A DNA stretch of 64,000 nt from NCBI GenBank assembly GCA_965198115.1, contig OZ240241.1, positions 6,176,001 to 6,240,000 on the forward strand. The letters are read 5' to 3'. The stretch comes from Candidatus Latescibacterota bacterium (GTDB lineage Bacteria; Latescibacterota; UBA2968). The notes beneath the pieces were generated by a model. It worked only from the letters and a program-made list of their open reading frames with translations. It did not search any database and was not told where the DNA came from. Every line of letters starts with the position of its first letter. The stretch's first letter is position 1. Both the position numbers and the translations under genes were made by a program. This document shows, one piece after another, positions 32,332 to 40,272 of this stretch.

Positions 32332-33270
32332 TCAGGAAATCAACTCCCGATACCGGAGCCGTTTCCCAACCAGCCCGGCGGCTGTGGCGATCATCTGGTC
32401 GATGGTGTCGCGGTCGCGGATGTTGTGACGCCCGGCGAACTCGCTGACGTATCGCTGCAAGTGTTTCGGAGACATTCGGTGATAAGTTCCGTGAAATCCC
32501 CGCTTCATCATGCTCCAGAAGGATTCCATACCGTTCACGTGCGCCATATCCTTCACGTATTCGCCGATGGAGTGCTTGACACTTTCGTGCTTGGCTACGT
32601 GATCGAAATCGGCGTAGGCCACGGCATCGTCGCTGTACATCGTACCGCCCTTCTGGACGTGCTGCCTGGCGAACCCCTGCAAGGTATCGGCCTTGGTATC
32701 CGGGACAACCTCGGCGGCGATCTGGCCGGTCTTGCGGTCCTTGGCGCCAGCTACAGCCGTCTTGCCGACGGTGCCCCGACCGGCATTCAGTTTTTTGTCC
32801 GGGTGCTTGTTCGATTCTTTTCCGCCGAAGAAAGCCTCGTCTATTTCGACGGCGTTCCCGTTCAGGCTGGTTCCCTTTTCCCAGGTCTGGCGGATGCGGT
32901 GCGCCATATGCCAAGCGGACTTCTGGGTCAGACCAACATCCCGGCGCAGCTTCATGCTGGACACACCTTTGAGGTTGGTGTTCATCAGGAAGATAGCGAG
33001 CGCCCATTTCTGGAATCCGATCTTGGAATCGGCCATAACGGTTCCGGTGCGAACGCTGAAATACTTTCGGCAGGAGCGACAGTGGTAAGGCATGGTCGGA
33101 TGCTTTGCGCCCGTCTGAACGTTGTCAGACCCACAGTGCCCGCAGGTTACCCCGTCTGGCCAGCGCACATCCGCAAACCACTTCTCGGCTGTCTTGTCGT
33201 CCGGGAACATCTCGATGATCTTGGGAAGGGTCAAGCCCTTTCGGTGATTTTTTCCGGGTGCGTTTGCCAT
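32332..33270 (-). CDS. IS1595-family transposase
   Basis: Zinc ribbon CGHC/CRSC, VEIDE, YSDD, VKHS..EYV, HVNGMESFWS, YVSEF..RHN. Confidence 0.96.
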   Translation of the reverse strand: MANAPGKNHRKGLTLPKIIEMFPDDKTAEKWFADVRWPDGVTCGHCGSDNVQTGAKHPTMPYHCRSCRKYFSVRTGTVMADSKIGFQKWALAIFLMNTNLKGVSSMKLRRDVGLTQKSAWHMAHRIRQTWEKGTSLNGNAVEIDEAFFGGKESNKHPDKKLNAGRGTVGKTAVAGAKDRKTGQIAAEVVPDTKADTLQGFARQHVQKGGTMYSDDAVAYADFDHVAKHESVKHSIGEYVKDMAHVNGMESFWSMMKRGFHGTYHRMSPKHLQRYVSEFAGRHNIRDRDTIDQMIATAAGLVGKRLRYRELIS

Positions 33271-33309
33271 GATTTTTCCTCTCTCCTGAACTGGATTAAT
33301 TATGGCATA

Positions 33310-33338
33310 AAGATAGACAGGAGGGGCCGGAAAGTCAA
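33310..33338 (-). promoter_or_regulatory. IS1595 transposase promoter
   Basis: rc TTGACT-17 nt-TATCTT just inside the IR. Confidence 0.55.
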
Positions 33339-33389
33339 AGGGTTTGTCTACTCACGTATGTAATTCCCTTTTTTATGCATAATTCAGGA

Positions 33390-33603
33390 TAGAGACTTCG
33401 ACGACATAAGCTGCGCGCATTTCGATGCCAACCTGGCTATCGAAGAAGTCGACCCCCTGGTTGCGTATGTCGAATCCGGCAAGCGTTTTGATGCCGACGA
33501 ACTCCGGCAATTTCGCGAATACGCCGAAGACTGGCTCGCTCGCGACGGCGTGATCCGTATCCAGAAGGACGCCGGCTACTTTTCCTGCACCAAAAGGTCC
33601 TGA
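33390..33603 (+). pseudogene. 3' part of the first methyltransferase
   Basis: RDFDDISCAHFDANLAIEEVDPLVAYVES...GVIRIQKDAGYFSCTKRS*, in frame with GEEQLS before the IS1380. Confidence 0.8.
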
Positions 33604-33989
33604 TCGATTTCGTAGAGAGAGAATGTCCAACCCGACGCACGAGAGAAATCGTCGCAAGTGGAATGCGACAGCCGATCACTGGCGCGAAATGCGCGATGAG
33701 GACGGCCTCTGGAAGCGCATCCCCTCAGAGCCTGAACACGGGTTCGATGGCGGCGCGCTCGAGCTGATTGAGCATCACTACCCTGCGATGGACGGGGTCG
33801 ACACCTGTGTAATCGGCAGCGGCGACAATTACGCTGCGTTCGCTCTCGCCGGTCTCGGTGCGGCCGTCACATCCGTCGACATCTCCGAAGAGCAGCTGAA
33901 CGTTGCACGAGCTCAGCAGCTCGAACTTTCGATGTCATTCGTCCGGGCGGACGCCGCCGACCTTTCGGACCTCCCGGATGCGTCATTCG

Positions 33990-34741
33990 TGTTACGGCTT
34001 ACGATAGATTCCCGCCCAGATTACGCTATTCGCATTCTCACGCACCAAGAACTGACGACCGGAGATAAGGGGGACGAACTCTCTGGGCGTTCCGATGCAG
34101 ACCGTGCCCTTTTCATTTTCCCACACGCACGAGAAATAGGCTCTCGAACCGCGAAAATAGCACGTTTCGACCGATTAGGCTCAAGACGTGGCCAGGCCAG
34201 GTCCCAGCGGGCATAGGGGGGTGCGGAAAACCTGTGGCCGTCCGACCGGAGACCGGTTGAGACGGTTTCTTCTACTAAAACGTCCTAATTTTAGTTCCGG
34301 AGGGCGCATCGCGGCCGTTGTCGACGAAAGGGGGGTTTTTCAGGTGTAGGAAACACTTAAACCAGTGCAAAAACAAGAGCTTGCGTCTGTCGACAAGGTG
34401 GTTTTGAAGCTGCTTCCCGAAAATGGCGAAGCGGGGTAGAAATCGGCCGTTTCCCTGGCGGTGTTGCCGATGGCGGACCCGTCGGAGGTCGAGAGCGTTT
34501 CGCGTCCCGATCCCCCGGAATGTGCCAAACGCGTTCGCGTAAAGAAAGGGACATCAGGCGTAGGTCCGACAACCGCTTTTGGCAGTTGCGCCTTGTAAGT
34601 ACTCCTATGTCGCATGGCCGCCAGATCTTAGGTGACCCTCAACTCATTAGGGAACGGTCTCCACTGTTAACCGTATTGAAACGATTCTGCCTATTCTGCG
34701 AATAGCTTAAGCTGGGCGGAGAATTATCGCAAGGCGTCACA
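33990..34741. mobile_element. 752-bp non-autonomous element with TGT...ACA ends (IS21/Tn552/Tn5053-type ends)
   Basis: About 45-bp imperfect IRs TGTTACGGCTTACGATAGATTCCCGCCCAGATTACGCTATTCGCA and rc TGTGACGCCTTGCGATAATTCTCCGCCCAGCTTAAGCTATTCGCA; 7-bp direct repeat TCATTCG at 33983-33989 and 34742-34748; no convincing ORF. Confidence 0.88.
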
Positions 34742-35121
34742 TCATTCGATCTGGTCTGCAGCACGAACGGGTTCTACGTCTGGATCCAGGACCTCGTTTC
34801 GGTCCTCGGCGAGATCCAACGCATTCTTCGGGTCGGCGGTCGTTACATCTTCTACGAAGTCCATCCTTTTCAGCGACCGTGGAGCGATGATCCGGGCAAG
34901 CTCGAGGTCGTCAAGCCCTACTCCGATGTCGGCCCGTTCGCCGACGAAGACGACGGATCTGTCAATTTTCACTGGACCCTCGCGCACTTCCTCAATGCCA
35001 TCGCCGAATCTGGCCTCCGAATCGAACACGTGCGGGAAACTCTGCCACCGGAAGCCGAGAAATGGGGTCGATCCTACGTAAACAGGAGGGACGGCAACTG
35101 GGGTGGCGACGATTGGAAAAC

Positions 35122-36495
35122 GAGCTCAGGTCAATAGGTGTGTAAAAGAAATCAGGCGGCCATCTTCCCGGCTTCGACCTGCGGTTCGGTTGAGTGTTTC
35201 TGATCGTAGACTTGTTGTAGCAAGTGTGGCGCGGTGAGTTTCCTGAATCGGCTCTCTGCGACCTTGAGCGTACGCCAGATGAGAGTCGTGGCGTTCCTGA
35301 CTTTCTTGAATCGCCTGGCGGCGTTTGTGCGAAGCCGAACGGAAGCAAAGGGGCTCTCGACGACGTTCGTGGTTCTCAGGTGTTTCCAGTGTTCCTTCGG
35401 GAAGTCGTAGAACGTGACCATCCGATCCCAGTCTCTTTCGAGCGTCTCCACGGCGGCAGGGAACTGTGAGCGATACCGTGCGGCAAAGCGTTTCCGGAGC
35501 TTCTCGGCCTCCTTTTTCGTGCCGGCATAGGGGATCTGGACGAGCAGTGCGCGGGCTTCAGCCTGTGCACGCTTGGCGACCTTGTCGAGCACGTTGAGGA
35601 TCTTGTGGTTCCAGCACCGTTGTTGCCGGCTCTCTGGCCAGACCTGATCAACGGCCGCCCAGATGCCCATATTCCCGTCCGCGGCGATCAGGACAGGATG
35701 TTCGAGCCCGCGATCCCGGAGATCCCGGAGCACCGTGAGCCAGGATTCTGTAGACTCTCGATAACCGGGTTCTATCGCCAGGATCTCCTTGCTGCCGTCG
35801 CTCATCGCGCCGATCACGACCAGCAGACACGCCTTCTCGCGCTCGAGCCCGGCTTTGACGTAGATGCCATCAGCCCAGGCGTAGACCAGTTCGCGATTAT
35901 CCAGACGCCTTTCTTTCCAGTCCTGGAAGTCGACCTCCCACTTCCCTCGAAGACGAGCGATCGAGGTCGGCGAAAGCGGCGCGCCATCACCGAGCAGCGC
36001 ACGCAAAGACAACTCGAAGTCGCCCTGGGAGAGACCGTGGAGATAAAGGTCGGGAAGCAGATCTCCAATGGCCCTGGTTCTCCGGGCGAACAGGGGGAGG
36101 ATGCGGCTTTCAAACCGCTCTTCCAGACCACGAACCCGGGGACGCCGGACCTTGATCGTTCCGCAGCTCGTCGAGAGACGCCGGGGCTTGCCGTAGCCGT
36201 TCCTGTAGCCCCTGGAGCTATCGACCTCGGCTCGGCGCTCATACCACGACCGGCCCAAGAACGCGGTCGCCTCCTCCTCCAGAATGGACTGGAACCGGCC
36301 CTGGATCTCTTCACGGATCCAATCGTCAACCGTCTCCCACGTCGGCATGGACTTCAATGGGGCTCTATGCGTATGTTCCTTCACGGCGATCCTCCTTCCC
36401 AACCGGGCCTCTCACCCGGTTTTGTGTGAATCAACTATCTCACGGGAAGGGTAGGGTCGCCCTTTCTCTTTTTCCACACCTTTTGATTATAGCTC
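35122..36495 (-). mobile_element. IS256-family insertion sequence
   Basis: IRs GAGCTCAGGTCAATAGGTGTG and rc GAGCTATAATCAAAAGGTGTG; 9-bp near-perfect duplication TTGGAAAAC / TTGGAAGAC. Confidence 0.92.
35152..36384 (-). CDS. IS256-family (mutator) transposase
   Basis: YRNGY, WADG, AADG, QRCWNH, LRTTNVVES motifs. Confidence 0.95.
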   Translation of the reverse strand: MKEHTHRAPLKSMPTWETVDDWIREEIQGRFQSILEEEATAFLGRSWYERRAEVDSSRGYRNGYGKPRRLSTSCGTIKVRRPRVRGLEERFESRILPLFARRTRAIGDLLPDLYLHGLSQGDFELSLRALLGDGAPLSPTSIARLRGKWEVDFQDWKERRLDNRELVYAWADGIYVKAGLEREKACLLVVIGAMSDGSKEILAIEPGYRESTESWLTVLRDLRDRGLEHPVLIAADGNMGIWAAVDQVWPESRQQRCWNHKILNVLDKVAKRAQAEARALLVQIPYAGTKKEAEKLRKRFAARYRSQFPAAVETLERDWDRMVTFYDFPKEHWKHLRTTNVVESPFASVRLRTNAARRFKKVRNATTLIWRTLKVAESRFRKLTAPHLLQQVYDQKHSTEPQVEAGKMAA

Positions 36496-36877
36496 TTGGA
36501 AGACCAATCCACACGCAGCACCCCCCGTGTGGTTGACGGTTTCTTCCCAGAAAATTTGACTCCAAAGGGAATTGTGTCGACGTCGACACATTCTGGTAAA
36601 ACTCTCAGTCGCCATTGACGGCCAACTTACAGACGTCTTGGCGTCGTGTCAGCATGGAACTCTATAACGATGGTTCAGTTAGCCGCTGGAGACCTTCGCT
36701 CTCGGAAGAGGTGGATTCTGGCGCCGATCGGGACAGGACAAAGGAACCTTCTTGCTGGTTCGCGAATACCCACCGAAGGGCTATGTTTACGAAGTTCAAG
36801 AATGCACAGTATGCGGCAGCGGGAAATCTCCCGTGCTTTGGGCAGGTGATTTCCCTATCTTCTGAGCATCGATGACA

Positions 36878-36966
36878 GACCCGACGTGACTGGCGAATTC
36901 ACGTGGAATCGACCACGGTGGAGCGTCGGGTAAGAAGACCAAGCCATTTGCCGATCGCCTGGGCCC
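36878..36966 (+). ncRNA. ZMP/ZTP (pfl) riboswitch
   Basis: CCCGACGTGACTGGCG...GTGG..CCACGGTGGAGCGTCGGG...GCCGATCGCCTGGGC matches the pfl consensus; upstream of an AICAR transformylase gene. Confidence 0.92.
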
Positions 36967-36998
36967 CTTACGACTAGGGTCTGGGCGTTTTTCTTTTT
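36956..36998 (+). terminator. riboswitch expression-platform terminator
   Basis: CGCCTGGGCCC-loop-GGGTCTGGGCG followed by TTTTTCTTTTT, overlapping the 3' aptamer stem. Confidence 0.75.
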
Positions 36999-37008
36999 GG
37001 GGTAAGAA

Positions 37009-38181
37009 ATGAGTGGAGATGAGCTGTCACTAAAGTACGGGTGTAACCCTCATCAAGAGCCTGCAAGGATCTATCGAAGCAGAGGCGCGCTCCCGTTCAA
37101 GGTTCTTAACGGCAGGCCCGGCTACATCAACTTATTGGACGCACTGAATTCCTGGCAGCTTGTCCGAGAACTAAAATTGGCGACCGGATTCCCTTCTGCC
37201 GCTTCATTCAAACACGTCAGTCCTGCCGGTGCGGCCGTGGGTTTGCCTCTAAGTGAGCCCCTGAAGGACTCCTACTTTGCCCGGGATATCGAGCTTTCCC
37301 CGCTCGCCTGTGCCTACGCACGGGCCAGGGGTGCCGACCGGGTTTCATCCTATGGCGACTGGGTATCTCTCAGCGACCCAGTTGACGTGCCCACTGCGAG
37401 GTTGCTGAGACGTGAATTCTCTTGGGGAGGATCGCACCAGGATATGACCCCAAGGCTCTTGGAATCCTCCGGCACAAATTCTCTGGGAACTACATTGTGC
37501 TGCAAATGGATCTCCACTACGAGCCTGATGATACAGAATCAAGAGAAGTGTTTGGCTTGGTGCTACAGCAACGGCGAAACGATCTGGAGCTTGCATCTCG
37601 AGTGCTTCAACGTGTGGTAACTGAGAACCACGAATTACCACAAACAGCCATGAGGGATATGCTCGTAGCAACCATTGCGTTGAAGTACACCCAGTCGAAT
37701 TCTGTCTGCCTCGCGTGTGACGGCCAGGTCATTGGAATGGGAGCGGGTCAGCAATCCCGAATCCAGTGCACTAGGATCGCGGCGGCGAAAGCGGACTCGT
37801 GGTACTTGCGCCAGCATCCATCAGTTTTGGAACTTCCATTCAGAGAAGGCCTGACCCGTACGGAAAAGGACAATGCGATAGACCAGTATCTGATGGAATC
37901 TAACCGCTGAAGAGGAGCTGGTGTGGAGAAGTGCATTTCGCAAAGCGCCGAAGAGGCTGTCTCCGGTACAGAAGGCAGAGTGGCTTCGAGAGCTTGAGGA
38001 GGTAGTCCTTGGCTCAGATGGTTGTATTCCCTTTAGGGACAACATCGACCGGGCTCGGCGTAGCGGTGTGCAGTATGTTGTGCAACCAGGCGGTTCGATT
38101 GTGGATGACAAAGTCAAACAGACATGCAATGAATACGGAATGGCTATGGTTTTCTCAGGAGTAAGGCTATTCCACCATTGA
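37009..38181 (+). pseudogene. purH: stand-alone AICAR transformylase (PurH C-terminal domain), two frameshifts
   Basis: [57 protein letters not shown] over three frames. Confidence 0.88.
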
Positions 38182-38424
38182 GCTGGTAGGAGCCGTGGAG
38201 ACATTCTTCAAACCATCCGCGAAGAGAAGGAAGCACCCGTTTCAAGCGTCAATACGATCGAGGCCGGCACCGGGCGTGTGCCAGAACTGGAAACGGTAGG
38301 AACCGATGCTGATTTCGGTCAGGAGATTTTGTGAGGCATATAGCGCTCTCGCCTGGGAGTGAACGCCCGAATTTGTCACTGAGACCTTGCCTCCTTCCCC
38401 CACGCTTGCTACCATCCCTCCCTC

Positions 38425-38595
38425 ATGACGAGCCCCCCGGTCCCTAGTCTCAGCGAGTTGAGAGCAGCTTTGTTCGCCACCGCGCAGCAGGCCGGCGTTC
38501 TCGGAGTTGCGATCGGCGATGACCCGGTCAGACGAGCCATGCGCTACGCGTTCGAGACTTTTGCCAGCCAGGTGGATGTTGTGGGGTCGGAATGA
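38425..38595 (+). CDS. 56-aa hypothetical protein coupled (ATGA overlap) to the downstream gene
   Basis: MTSPPVPSLSELRAALFATAQQAGVLGVAIGDDPVRRAMRYAFETFASQVDVVGSE*. Confidence 0.35.
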   Translation: MTSPPVPSLSELRAALFATAQQAGVLGVAIGDDPVRRAMRYAFETFASQVDVVGSE

Positions 38596-40238
38596 AATCG
38601 CGTGGCCGCCTGGGGCGCGACTACCGGCTCACGTGGGTCGATGACTCCGGTTGCACAACCGGCACCGTCAACCCGCCGATTACTCCAGCGCGCCTCGCCC
38701 ACGCCCTGTTCGGCGGCCTCGCGGGCACGCCGGTGGACGCCTTCGTCTGCACCGTCGGCCTCAACGCGGGTTACACACTCAGCTACCCCACCGAAGTAGA
38801 CGGCATGGAGTTCATCGTCGACCGGCTCGAAGCGGGTGCAGTGGTCGGCTCGGCGGACCTGTGGCGTCGTGTCGAGAACTTGCGCTCTCTATGGAGCGAC
38901 GGACACGACCCCGTGCGGATCATCCTGGACGAGTCGCATCGGATCGGCGTGGACTTCTGGCTGCAGCTGCGGATGAACGACTGGCACCACGTCGATGTGG
39001 CCGGAGAGATCTTCCGCATCATCGGCAGCCGCTTCTACGAGGAGCATCGGGAGTATCAGATCGGCGCCGAAGGGGTGGCCGGCTGGCCCGAATCCCTGCA
39101 GCAGAGCATGATGTTCTTCCAGGACTTCGCCCACGACGAGGTGCGGCGCATCCGTTTGGAGACGGCGTCCGAGGCGATGACGCGTTATCCTGAGGCGGAC
39201 GGCTGGGAGTATGACTTCATGCGCTGCCCGGGTTACTTCGCCTTCGGCAGGGAGCGCGACAGCGCCCACCTGATCACCGACCTCATCCGGCGCACTCGGG
39301 AAATGCTCGACGACCTCGGTTCGAAGCACGGGAAATCGTATGGCTTGTCGGTGCGCGTTCCCAATACGATAGACGGCACCCTGCGTCTCGGTCTCGATGT
39401 CCCGCAATGGATCGACGACCACCTCGTCGACATCGTCATCCCCTCGACCTTCTTCGTCAACGACACCGAGGAAGATGTCGGGGATTGGGTCGAGCTGGCA
39501 GCCGGGACGCCCGTTCGCATCCATCCCGCTATTGAGGAAGCGTACCGGACCGGTGCGACGCAGGGCCGGGATGTCGCCGCGCACGAGATTCGCGGGTCGA
39601 TCATGCGGCCCCTCACGGTGGAGATGATCCGCGCCATCGCCGCCCGTCATTGGGCAGCGGGTGCCGACGGCCTCTACCTGTTCAACTTCCCTGGCACGCC
39701 TGAAACCTACGGCTACGACAACCGCCCCGCGGTGCACGACATCGGCTCATCTCTGCGTCTCGAATACAAAGACAAATGTTACGTTGTCGGGCGGCGGAAC
39801 GACGCCTTCCCGAACTGCTTTCCCCAGGAGCGGAGTATTCCAGCTGTACTCGGCGAGGAGCCGGTGCGCGCGTCCATTCAAGTGGCCGATGATCTCCAGG
39901 CCGCCGGGGCCCGCGTCGCCAGAGTCCAGCTGCGCCTCCTGATCGAAGAACTCACCCATCTGGACGAGGTGGTCGTGACGATGAACGGCAATCGGCTCAG
40001 GTGTGACGACGAGCTCGAAGCGGGAAGACGAGCTCCGGGTCGAAAGACATGGCTCGTGTATGACCTGACGGCTTCCCCGCCCATCCAGGGCGACAATGTT
40101 GTGGAGATGAATGCTGTGCGTGCGGAGCGCCTGGCGGGGGAGATCCCGCTGGTCGTGAGTGATATCGAGCTGGACGTTTCCTACCGGTATCCCGACGGTC
40201 GCTGGCGTCATCCATCCGGTTTCAACCCGCGCACGTGA
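38592..40238 (+). CDS. GHL10-like (glycoside hydrolase-like TIM barrel) protein
   Basis: LRMNDWHH, DFAHDEVR, DG.EYDFMR, GLDV..WI...LVD, ADGLYLFNF. Confidence 0.75.
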   Translation: MKSRGRLGRDYRLTWVDDSGCTTGTVNPPITPARLAHALFGGLAGTPVDAFVCTVGLNAGYTLSYPTEVDGMEFIVDRLEAGAVVGSADLWRRVENLRSLWSDGHDPVRIILDESHRIGVDFWLQLRMNDWHHVDVAGEIFRIIGSRFYEEHREYQIGAEGVAGWPESLQQSMMFFQDFAHDEVRRIRLETASEAMTRYPEADGWEYDFMRCPGYFAFGRERDSAHLITDLIRRTREMLDDLGSKHGKSYGLSVRVPNTIDGTLRLGLDVPQWIDDHLVDIVIPSTFFVNDTEEDVGDWVELAAGTPVRIHPAIEEAYRTGATQGRDVAAHEIRGSIMRPLTVEMIRAIAARHWAAGADGLYLFNFPGTPETYGYDNRPAVHDIGSSLRLEYKDKCYVVGRRNDAFPNCFPQERSIPAVLGEEPVRASIQVADDLQAAGARVARVQLRLLIEELTHLDEVVVTMNGNRLRCDDELEAGRRAPGRKTWLVYDLTASPPIQGDNVVEMNAVRAERLAGEIPLVVSDIELDVSYRYPDGRWRHPSGFNPRT

Positions 40239-40272
40239 TTCTCTGACAGGGAGAAGATCGCCCGTCGCTTTG

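Larger units (their letters stand above)
30599..33368 (-). mobile_element. IS1595-family transporter IS with passenger genes
   Basis: Perfect 25-bp IRs GGGAATTACATACGTGAGTAGACAA; 8-bp target duplication TTTTTTAT at 30591-30598 and 33369-33376. Confidence 0.95.
28982..33388 (-). mobile_element. IS1380-family element carrying a nested IS1595 element
   Basis: IRs CCTGAATCATGCATGA (28982) and rc CCTGAATTATGCATAA (33373-33388); flanks CTAG and ATAG; the methyltransferase frame resumes after 33389. Confidence 0.9.
33623..36559 (+). pseudogene. second class I SAM methyltransferase, split by a 752-bp element and an IS256
   Basis: Segments 33623-33989 (VIGSGD, VTSVDIS, DAADL), 34749-35121 (DLVCSTNGFYVW...ILRVGG...EVHPF) and 36496-36559 (WKTNPHAAPPVWLTVSSQKI*). 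Confidence 0.85.

Noticed and set aside
38220-38387. Possible IS end (rc GGTCTCAGTGACAAATTC) after purH
   Set aside because: No partner IR, target duplication or transposase fragment found
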